From contig LVLI01000343.1 of the NCBI GenBank assembly GCA_001687465.1, positions 1 to 63,545 of the forward strand: a stretch of 63,545 bases of DNA, written 5' to 3'. The notes beneath the pieces are model-generated. The model did not search any database, was not told the DNA's origin, and was given only the letters and a program-made list of their open reading frames with translations. This DNA is from Halocafeteria seosinensis. Taxonomy: Eukaryota. The translations under genes and the position numbers were made by a program. Positions 52,701 through 63,545 of the stretch are shown here, in pieces. How positions within the stretch are numbered: the first letter of the stretch is position 1; every line of letters starts with the position of its first letter.

Positions 52701-55700
52701 GAAAAACTCTCTTGCGCTGTCAATGATCGGCACTTCTGTGGACTGTATGACCTCGCAATCAATCGCACGCGGTAAAGAGCACCGCTGAAGTATCGCGACT
52801 GAGTTATGACGCATATCCAGAAGCACTTTATCTGCGGGACGTTCTTCGGATCCAAGCAGTAATAAAACACGCTGGCTATCATCTAACATGACCGAAACTG
52901 TAGAAGAGTTCATCAGGTTCAGTGTGAGCGTTCGCGAGGTTCCTGGAGATTCCCTGTACCACCTTGCTATACAGGGGTAAGCACTGAGCTTAAAAACATG
53001 CTGATCGGAAGAGTCTTCATCGAAGACACTCACAGACCCTACAATACTGCCGGAATCAATTTCTGAATTCCAGGACAACGGTGAAGACAGCAACACCGGT
53101 CTGTCGTTCTTATCGGTCACAAGTACCTTGATAGATTGGGACGTCACTAATCCAACTCCGTTCACTACAGCTATGTCAAGTCGATGAGGTCCCCCAGTTT
53201 TAGTTTCCTTATTCAGAGCCCTGGCCACAGTAAGCACTCCCTGAGGGCTCAAATGAAAAGAATCCGAAGAATCTGACTGTAGATAATACGTTAATTGATC
53301 ATTTCCTTCCTTTTCCGGATTTAAAATCCCTAGTTGAACACTCCAAGTAGGGTCAACTGTCTCTTCCTCAATCGTGACAGTCCAGTCAGGAATATTCGTT
53401 AACCTTGGAGCCACTGGAACGGACTTTATTGTCACATGGACGACGAAGCCTGTTGCTAGTGCGCTAGTATCAATCCCACCTAATACGATCTGCAAGTCAA
53501 ACGAATCCTGCAAGTCCGCGAGCGGGAGACTTTTCTCTAACATGAGCTGCCCAGCTTCATCAATCGAAAATATTCCAAGCGCATCCCCACCAATCAACGA
53601 GAACGGCTGCAGTGGTCCGTTGAGGTAATAGAATCGAAATGGTTCTCTGATTAATGTGCCGCTGACGAGGGTATCAGGAATTTCGATTTGAATGTCTTTT
53701 ATGTCCTCGGGGTGTTCTTGCTTCGCATTTGTAGACGCCTTGAAGTGAAGCGTCACGTTCAGTGGGTCACTGTCTCCAGGAAATCGCCATTGTTCTCCGA
53801 ATTCATCGAAAACGCCAACCTCAACGCTCAGTTCATCTTGCTCGAGAGCGCTTCCGAAGTCTGCATTATCCGTAGTGGCTATAATACCCGTAGCTTCTTC
53901 AATTTTGATTAGATTCATTACTCCCTGTTTCGCCGTGGCCTCAAATGGCACGAATCGGAGAACTGCACCCCAGTCTTCGTCCGACGCTCCAACAATACCG
54001 ATGACAAAATTTTCTTCGTAGGCGTCGTTGGTTGCTACGTATACACTGAGATCTCCTTCGCTGCCTATCTGGGACGCAGAGGGAGTAGGTGGCTCGTTGA
54101 TGTTGGTAACGGCTATCGTGACCACTTGATCGCTAGAAAGCTGTGCTTTGTTCGTAACTGCAATATGAAGAGTATAAATACTTTCTTTTGGGCTCTCGTA
54201 GTTCAATACGGCGTTTTCTAACACCAAGAACGAGTTCTCATCAATGGAGAAGAATGGAGCTTCCGGCAACCCATTACCTTCAGTGATACGAAACGTTAGT
54301 TCGCCAAATTGTGGGTCCACACTGAAATCCGAGAGCGATTCTCCGATAACGGTACCCTGCTGTACATTTTCAGGCACGGAAAACTCCACTGCAGGCTCAG
54401 TGACCGGTGGGAGCACCTCGTCGGTTATGAATATTGTCAACGTCTGATCAACTCGTTGTCCTGGATACCCATCATCGTTTATTCTCACTAACAGTAGAAC
54501 CGGAGAAGCTGTATCAACAAGTCTTGCTGGTTTTTCTACAATAACCTCTCCTTCTGGGGAAACCCTGATCGCGTCATTTCGGATCCTACTTTGAAAAGTG
54601 ATTATTTGATTAGAATCTGGATCTATAGCTTTCAGCCTCCCGATCTGTGTGCCCTTTTTCGCTGTAATACTGACATTGAAGACAGTGCCACTAATTAGAC
54701 GAGGTGGTTCGTTTACATCAAGAATCGATACAGTTACCGACATCTCCGTGCACAGGTCGGGAGTGTCCTTCACGCAAACGCGAACAATAGCACTGGGTGT
54801 TATTCCGACTCCGGTTGTTGTTTCGTAATCAATGTCACTGGTAAGTGATCTCACTACTCCTGCCTCATCAACAGCGAAAAGTTCCGCAAATAAACTCTGA
54901 GAAGACTGTTGGCTAAGTTGGAACGTAACATTCTGACCGTAGTTCAGACTGGAGAGAGGAGCATTGAGCAAACGAGTTCCAGATTGGGAATTCTCTTCAA
55001 TGAACAACGTCACGTCGTTGACAACTGGAGCCAGGGGTGCATCCACTACGGAAACTTGTAATGGGAATGCTGTTGAGCCTCCGTGAGATGGATCAACGCT
55101 CACGACGGCAATTTCAAGTGAGTAGCTAACCAGATCCGGGAAATGGGAAAGCGGACGCTTTAAAACCAATTCTCCTGTGGTCCCTTCTATAAAAAACACT
55201 CCATTTTCGTTACCAGAGGTAATGCCGAAGCGAACAGTGCCCGCCGAGATGTTCTTAAAAGGGGTACCTTCGGGGAACAGCGAATTTAAGGAGCTACCTT
55301 CTTGGGTATCTCGAGAGACACTTATTTCCGACGCGGTCATATGTGGTAACCCAAATGGGGCTATGACTGAAATCGTTACTGTCGAAGTACTGGACAGAGG
55401 CATGACAGGATCATTGTCTTGAACAAATATAGTCACATTGTGCTCTCCGATGTCGCCTACAGTCAACCTTTGCGTTGCCACAGAGAGTATACCAGTCGTT
55501 GGATGCACTCTGAAGAGTCCGCTATTCTTTCCTATTATGCTAAATAGCACGGCGTCGTTGGTGATCCTATTCGCCAGTTGCAACGGAGGCGCTACCACAT
55601 GGTTGAAACGGTCCCCAACATGGGCCACACGTTGCTGTGAGAGAATCGTCGGGGCTAGGTTGCTAAATACAACATTGATTGTTACTGTACCAGTTGAATT

Positions 55701-58700
55701 ATCGCCGTGTTGGTCTACAGCCAAAATATCTAGGATAAACTTGCCGGAACCTGGCTTCATCGCGTTTACTGGAGCTCTGTTCAAGACTACCAAGCCTGAG
55801 CTCGACAGGCTGAACCAATTATCCCCGGGGCCGTTACCCTTGGCAATGCCAATTTCAAAGGGGTCTTCTTCCGGATCAAAAATGTCCAGTTGAACTAATT
55901 TAGCTCCTCTCTGAGTTCCCTGTGCGATGGAAATTTCCCGTGAAGCAACTTGCGGAGGTTCGTTCACATCAGTAACCTGAACGTAGAGCAGCGCGGAATC
56001 CTTCCCTCCAGACGATGCTTCTACCTGAACCGATAGTTTATAAATGCTCTGTGTCTCAAAGTCGAGATACTTTTTGAGCACCAGACTATTACCGAGGAAG
56101 TCGAAAGTTGCTTGGTTGTTGCCTTCTTCCAACGAGAAATGTAGTTGGGCATCCGGATCGGGGTGTGATGCTGCTACGCTGGTGACTACTGTGAGAGGGG
56201 GACTGTTCTCCAGTATGGACACTGTCCCGAGAAACTGCATCCTAGGCTGCGTAGGTCCTTTCATAACGTCAACGTCAAACTTTACGAAGCTACTAGCTCC
56301 CTGTTGGTCTCTTACTTGGGCCTCTAAGCGGAAACTATGAGGATCAGAGTAGTAGTCCACAGCTTCGCGTAAAAAGAGCGCGCCATGCCTACTAATGGAA
56401 AACTTGCCCTCGGCCGATTGCGGAAGTGACCACAGCATAAATTGCCCCTCCGGATCCGATGCTTTCAGTGTTACATTCAGATACAATCCTTTCAACGGGG
56501 GGGAGGTGCCTGACAACACATGTACCACTGGAATAGGATGCAACACCGGAGGTTCGTTTACATCCCTCACCACAATCCTTATTTCTATCGAAGACGACAA
56601 TTGCCCATCGAATGCGGTAATACGTAGGTTGTATTGATGCTTCGTCTCATAGTCAAGGGAGTCTGCTATTTCCAGGTCACCCCCGGAGCTTATGTTGAAT
56701 TTGTTACCAACGTTTCCTTGAGAAATAGTCGTCGACACGGTTCCCTCAGCGTCGGTGATTCCCAGATCCGCAAAAATCGTCCCGACTTCAGCGTCTTCGT
56801 CCACCTCTACGACCTCTTTCTCGAATGCTATTTTGGGAGCAGTATTATCAACTACAATGTTTAATGTAACCTCCATGATTGCGGTGTCAGGACGAGTTAA
56901 GTGGCTGAATACAACATTTGTCACTTCAATGTACAAAACTACATTACCTTCTAAGCTTTCGTCGTCAAGGGGTCTTTGCTCGCCGAGGAATAGAAATCCA
57001 GAGTTATCAACTCCAAATAATCCACCCCGAGCGCCATGTACTATCTCATATTTTGCGATACCATTTGGATGGGTGGCAGGTAGTGGTTCCGAGTGAAGCC
57101 TGTCTGTGGCCCTGCTGCTAGTCAAAATTTGGTATGTGACATCCTCAACTGTGAGTCCGCCACTCTGCTCGCTTGGCTTTTCAATGATGTCCTGAACGAT
57201 GGGCCTCCAAACAGTATCGTCAAGCTCATCACAATCTGTATCCTCGGTTTGCAGACAAAACTCCCATGCAACCGAATCCGTGATGGTCAGGGACTCGCCG
57301 TTACTTCGCGTCACCGTATGATCTCCTCGAAAAGTTGGGAAACTTAAGCCTGGAGAAGGGACATTAAACTTAAGGGCGTGTATGAGTGTTCCGTCAGGCT
57401 GGAGTGCTATCCAGCAGTTCGGACTCCAGCCATTTTGACACCTTATTGGACAGTTTTCTTTTGGGTGTATTGCTTCCGTTTCAAAACGGAAACTGTTGCC
57501 TTCACAGTCTGCTCCTCCACACTCCGGAGAACGGCATGGAAAATTGAACGACCCTGGTGTTCCCATTCTTTGGCGGAACTGGAAAGGAATCCCAAACGCC
57601 AGAGTGCGTAAACGTCCAATAACTGAACCGCGCGGTTGCTCCGCAAATAAAGATGAATAAACAACTCCATCCTCCGCAGTTCCTAAAACAACGATTTGCA
57701 CCGGACCTTGCAATATCCTAACAGTCAACATGTACTGACTCTCCAATGGAGTGCGGAAGTCTTCACGCAACTCCTTAACCGAGATGGGAATTTGTATCAC
57801 CGGGTTCATCTCCAGAAACTCCGTCCGAATGTTGCTGCTTACCAGAGAACCATTAGAAACTAAGAAGTACTTTGTCGAGAAGGATTCCGAAATGTCTGCT
57901 TTAAGCATATCCCCATCTCTGTCTTTACATTGACCAAATTGTACAAGGTCTTCGACATGGATTGTACCTGCAGGACTTCCCTCTACTAAACGAATAGAAG
58001 TATTACTCGCGGTGCATCGTGGAGCGTAATTCCTTCGAGGTAATACTGTCACCTCACTTGTGGTATAGGCCTTCCCTGGAGGGATGTTACTATCCTCACC
58101 TATAATGGGCACGCGGAAACTCAATGCTTCCTGGCCTTCGGGGACAATTATGCTGCTGGCCATACGCAAAATCCCGGTAAGCGACTCCAGCGAAAATGGT
58201 AGAGTGGAGTTTTCGTCAACTAAATGAAAATGCACGAATTGTTGTATACCCTCATCATTCGAAAAACTCACGATTTCCCCTATTTCATCTCCTTTCTCTA
58301 CATCATCTCGAATGGTTAGCTGTGTTGGAATTAAAACTGGCGGAGAATTACTATGTTCGAAAATGAAGTCAATAAACCCCGTCCCTGTTGCACCACTGTT
58401 ATCTGCTGCCATGACGGTTACCGTAACTAGTTTCCCGTCCATGTTATTGTGATTAAACACTCCAAAGTCTAGCAGAGAAATATGCCCAGTTGCGTTTATA
58501 GCGAATACAGATGATGATACTGGAAAGCTGAAGGTGATGCTGTCATCGCGATCTTCGTCAAAACCACAAACCGGACCTACGGAGGTGCTCGTTCGGGTTT
58601 TACTTAACTTGAAGGTCTCAGGAAACACTATTGGGGGATCGTTGACGTCCAACACCTGGACAACAATACCCACTTTACTGGATAACACACCATCGTTTAC

Positions 58701-60687
58701 GACAATCTCTACTGAGTGCTTTTGTTTCCGTTCAAAGTCTAGTGCCGCTGAGTCTGCAACCAGTAGTTCCCCCGTGATATGATCTACGACGAAAGTATTA
58801 CTCTCTGGCACCTGATCATCCATGCGAAAAGTGAACTCAGCTAGATCTTCCCCTTCCGCCTCTAAAGTTGCAATTACGGTTCCAGCCTTCGTATTTTCTG
58901 GTATCTGCAAGAGTTTGTTTTTTATCGTTGGTTTTTTCCTCGCCTTTGTGACTCGAATATCTATAACGCAGATATCCGATAACGCATGTGCGTTGGTGAC
59001 TCTCAGGGACAGCGTAAACGAATTCAACCTACCAATGGCAGAAGCGACAGTGAGCTGTCCAGTACGAGAATTGACAGCGAGAGGCAACCGTGAGCTCATG
59101 ATATCCCACGAAAGAGCACCACCCTCTTCACTACTTGCAACCGTCATGTTTGTGACTACAGCAGAGCCTACTTTCGCGTCGTCTGTCAAATCCAGCCTTG
59201 CCGGGCAATTTTGGATAGCTGGGGCCGCCGGTACGGAAATCACGTTGATAACAACGTCGAGTTGGGTCCTAACTGTTTGAGACGGGGATAGCTTAGCATT
59301 CAAAAGCACAGATAGTCTGAATACTTTGCACGTTTCGAACTTTAAGTTTGCTTGTTGGAGTTCCAGCTCTTTTTGACTGGAGACACGAAAGTTGTCACCG
59401 GAGAGTTTGCATTCCACCGAGCCAACGGGCATACCTGGACTCTTGAACGTAGTTGTGATCGGCCCGGTAAACGCAGGATGCCGCTTATATTTTAGGGGAC
59501 CCATGACCTCACTCTCCTCATAATTTCCCTCCCGTATACTAAATTCGTAATTTTTAACAAGGGCGATAACTGGATCGGACATTTCTCCGTTACGGCATAT
59601 TTTGTCGGCAGGACAAGCAGATTGGATGTATCTTCTATGGGATGGGACGTCATCGGGTCTGCTGTAATAGTTGGTCGAGACCTGTATGGGTGCACCCGCC
59701 CCTTCGGGACAAATTACGCTGGCATTCCCGCAGACTCGAGGATGCCGGATTGTGCTCCCAGGAGTACAGTAGTATCCTCTTCCACATTGACCACTACACA
59801 CAGGAGATGCAAGCCCAGTTTGAGACCCAAAACTTCCTTGGGGACACTCTGAGCGGGTCCCTCTGATACAGTGATGACCTGTTGGACAGGGCGCAACTTG
59901 TTCGACATTGTTTGACTCTCCAGCGGTTATATAAAATCCTGCGGCGATTTGCAGTGGCATGTCACTTCCTGGAGGGCAATAACGCTGTGTTCCTCCGCCG
60001 CACGAGCGAACTCCCGGTGATTTGAAGGGGCAATAGTACCCTGTATTGGTCCAGCATAAATTACTTCGGCATACCCATTCGTTAACCCTTTTGTTACTTA
60101 CCTCCTGGGCAAGGAATAGAGCATCTTTCATCCACATCCTCACCATCACCGGAAAATCCTTTGGAGCAGGGCCAGCACTTTGTGTTAACTCGCTCGGCGC
60201 TGAAGTGATTAACAGGACAGGGATCTGGATTACGGCTGCGAATGCTGCTGCAGGAGAAACCAGGGCCACAAGGCCGACAGTCGAGGCGGGTGATCCTTGT
60301 AGAGGTTAAAGAAGAACCTTCAGCCGAAAAGTACCCCGCATCGCAAAAACACGGCAGCTTGGAGACCACCTCACTATGGAACGTGTTGAAGATAAGCTCT
60401 GATGAGTAAAATGAAATGAGAAGGTTAAAGTAGGAAAAGGCACTTCTCGCCTCATAATATCTTACCTCCTTCACACACAACACCTTCAGGCAATCTGCAT
60501 AGATTCTATTATATTGAGTGATAGTCATTTGATGTCAATGAAGTGAAAGTCTGCCTACATACCGGTATTCTCGGAGCTGTTTCGCTTGTGCCCCCGTCAG
60601 CTCTGCATTAATGGGCTGCGTCACTACAGCGGTTAGCAGTAGCATGCACACTACAAACGTCCAGGTACAGAGCTTGTGTCGGATCAT
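34731..60687 (-). CDS. Giant cadherin-domain multipass membrane protein (~8,586 aa), nonagonal-cadherin-like
   Basis: Exons 60687-60563, 60494-60466, 60398-60102 and 60040-34731 splice in frame. Signal peptide; CP.GYYC repeats; cadherin motifs LD(Y/F)E, DxD and DVNEPP; IPT/TIG-like repeats; about 9 hydrophobic helices at ~36645-35370. Confidence 0.9.
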
Positions 60688-61826
60688 TTCAGGAAATCCC
60701 GTGAGTCTATTCCTCTCCGTACAGGTTTATTGGGACCTTCGTCACGTTCCTGAACGGGAATGACACTGACACGTTTTTACTCCAGTTTTCCATCGCGCAT
60801 GCACACCTCAAATAGTGCTTTAGAGACGGGATTGATACAGTAATATCTTATGCCTTGTCTACACAAGTCTGTGCAGAACAAGAGAATGTAAAGGGAAATG
60901 GCAACGGGACACAAAGGGCTTCAACATCGTTTCCGGGCCGGACCGGTAGGACTCTACGGAACATGCAATTACATTCCCAACGAACTCACACTGTATCACT
61001 TGGACTGTGACGGGGATTCCCTTGTGTATAGTAATCGACTTGCCGATACACAATGAACAGCATTGCTACGAAGTAAGAGTAAGTCTGTTGGTGTTGCTGG
61101 TGTGTCATGTCATTACGGTGTCCCTAGAAATAGTAAGCATTCAAAGTCACTAGAAAAGATAATTGAAGCAAGAAAGTACCGGTGTTATACAATAGAGCGC
61201 TAGTATATATAATAGCGCAAAATTATACTATGACGTCATGATAAGGAGATTCTAAGAAACTCCCGTTATTGTTGTGGCCTTTACCGTTGACTACCACTGG
61301 TTGGTGTGCATTTATGGCAACTTCTGCGTGCACGCATCTGACATTTCCCTGTAGTATTTCCTTTGTTTGGGCATCAGTGTCTGCGGGGTCGGTGCTTTGA
61401 AATTTTGACTTCTCTCTTCATCACCGGTCTCTTGGTTCTTGTCGACAGTCGACTTCCTTCAACACTTCATGGGACCATCGCAAAATCCTAATGTGCTGAA
61501 CTGTCAAACTTTCCTTCGGGTACGGGGATACCCGGGGTCAGCGAACTTTAAAAGGTATTTATTCAACAGGTTTGGGCATGATGGTGGTGTTTCACGTCTG
61601 TAGTGTGGGAGAAGTAGTCATAGAAAGCGTTGATCACCAGGGAAGCCGAATTCATGAAGTTTGGGATACGAGGAGAGTCGTTCAAAACAGACGGTAAACC
61701 TAGTCCGTGGAGGGTTCAGTTGGGGAGGAATTGTATTAGACCACACAACGAGTATTACAGTGGATTCATTCTTCACCGTTGGGAAGGTAATGTTATTGCA
61801 GTCAGTATGTTGATAACGTTTATCTT

Positions 61827-62092
61827 ATGAATGCCTCATGTGGTGGCTGGGGGAACTTCCAACGTGGTGAACGTTGACAGGGGATGGTGAACATTAGCGC
61901 GCAATTTTTAACACTATAGCATTGGGACTTCTGCCTTTCACTATTCCAGTGTACTTCCATGTAAAGGAGAAACAGATGAGTAGACACGGTAGAGTTCAGT
62001 GATTTAGCGATTCGAAGGCGAATATGAGCGGCAGGGCGCGTTGCTTGACGTACTGCTATGTTGACAGTCCCATGAATTCCTCATGTGGTGGC
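61827..62092. repeat. 21-nt direct repeat ATGAAT(G/T)CCTCATGTGGTGGC at 61827 and 62072
   Basis: Seen directly; one mismatch. Confidence 0.8.
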
Positions 62093-62986
62093 ACAGCTAC
62101 CCTGGACAGCGTTCATGAGGGTAAGCTATCTCTCTGAGCGACCCCCTTCCATATACAGGGTATCAACGTTGCTAAACGGCGGCAATGGGCGCAGTTGCTG
62201 TGATCAGCTGTTTTTTGACTGTCGTACATGTACACTTTCCGCTGTGGTCTATGTCATTCCAGCGTGACAAAATGGTTGCACATGAGCAATGCCCACTGCC
62301 ATGGGGCATTGCGTGAGGGAATGCGTCCACGGGTAAACAGCGGATACGTTTCTCATACGTTTGCCAATCTAGTACGCCAAGGAGATTCCTCCGTCCAGCC
62401 AGACCTCTTCCTCTAAATCTTCACCCTGGACGTATGGGCCGTTGAGGATGTCTGTACGTAGCGACGGAACAGCAGGAGGCTGCTGTCTGGGTCTTTTTAT
62501 TTCGATATCGTCCTCGTTAGTACTGGTGCAGTCTCTGCGATTTGGTTCGTGTGCATCATTGGTACTGCTTGGATCCTCTGTCGGGTTGGATGCCGAAACC
62601 ATTGGCGAGTTAGAAAGAACATCTGTTATATCAACCGCATCTTTTTCCGAGGATTCCTGATTCATTCGCGTGCTGGTGTGCTCATTCTGTGGGCAGTAAT
62701 CATGTGTGGGTTCATGTTCCGTTGGTTGCAGCTGAGTCTGTTGATCTTCGAGTGGCCCTTGATCGCGTGACTTGTTTGTGTGTTTCCTCATCGGATACCG
62801 GTTACGAACTTGATGCTCGCTGGTTGTATGCCCGGAATGAATGTACTGAGTGCACTCCAATTCCTCTAGAAGCCTGATGTATTCAGCGACGTTCGGAATA
62901 CTTCGGCATATAGTGTTTTTCGCCAACGTCTTTACCTGCCGTCCAAAACTAGATTCCGACATATTGTTTGTAAACGGCAGTTCCAC
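62060..62986 (-). pseudogene. Disrupted Ulp1/C48 protease-like sequence with upstream low-complexity ORF, probably transposon-derived
   Basis: Ordered fragments VWLDGGISLAY*, NHFVTLE*HRPQRKVYMYDSQ and VAVP/RNSWDC resemble C48 motifs WL.D..I..Y, NHW...YDS and PQQ.N..DCG, with stops and frameshifts. Confidence 0.55.
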
Positions 62987-63545
62987 CTCTGGAGAAGCCC
63001 CTGCTGGGTCCCCCTCGTCTTTTCAGAGACCGCATCCATCGCTCCCCTCGTTGTATGAAGGAGCGCAGGAGCCACTGTGTCCTAGTATTTCCGTCGTGTA
63101 CTATTGGGGAAGTGCGCAGCTGGGATCCTCTCTTTTGTAGGTTTCAATTTTCTGCAGCATTTCATACTCCTGACGCTTCCTTTGGGTGTGCGTGAAATTT
63201 CTGTAAGCGAATTTACAAATGTTCGTGCAGGCGTTGGTCCGGGACCTTGCTTCGTTTGAGACCGGGTACTAGCGCGTCCAATAGATGCGCGATACAAAAT
63301 AGGTTAAAGGAGGAGGGAAAGACGGACGTTATGGAGATACTTAGTGTTTCTGAATCGTCAGTCATGGAGAAATTTGATCAGTTGGTCACAGTCAACGTCA
63401 GGGTGTAAGTACTGGACTCCGTGCCGCACCAGAGAAGCCACAAATGCAACATTATCAAGTGTCTCCCGGAAGTCAACGCTGACGCAATGACCTGCTGCCT
63501 GTCCCGGACGTCAAAAATCGGTAGGTTGATTAAAAGAAGGTGGTA

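Noticed and set aside
57320..57335. RGD tripeptide in the giant protein
   Set aside because: Expected by chance in ~8,600 aa.
60094..60269. ORF-track N-terminus MALVSPAAAF... of the 8512-aa ORF
   Set aside because: Wrong frame. Splicing at 60101-60041 joins a Cys-rich exon and an upstream signal peptide starting at 60687.
34870..60309. Numerous + strand ORFs opposite the giant gene (and opposite other genes)
   Set aside because: Antisense shadows of long coding frames with no domain signatures.

Overview
Gene-dense eukaryotic DNA from a flagellated protist, most likely a stramenopile (inferred from gene content only). Most introns are short GT-AG introns of about 60-110 nt. Both ends of the window hold decayed mobile DNA: on the left a non-LTR retrotransposon remnant with an RLE endonuclease and an RNase H fragment, on the right a broken Ulp1-like protease. 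Between them lie SCLT1/CEP89-like, DNAI2, an ABCB half-transporter, an SLC38-type transporter, NDUFA13, an SNM1-type nuclease, a secreted Asp-box protein, LSM1, RAD18-like, an orphan coiled-coil gene, a kinesin and CFAP70. Two small multi-exon genes absent from the ORF track were reconstructed by hand. One is a SelW/Rdx selenoprotein (CGAUG) with a well-formed SECIS. The other is RPS29, whose unusually long first intron contains a candidate H/ACA snoRNA. The dominant feature is a ~8,586-aa surface receptor, 98% of it encoded in one 25.3-kb exon. It has a signal peptide, Cys-rich repeats, a very long cadherin array with three Cys-bracketed inserted domains, IPT/TIG repeats, about 9 TM helices and a WW-like tail, and resembles the stramenopile 'nonagonal' cadherins. 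All family calls come from motif recognition by eye; no searches were run.
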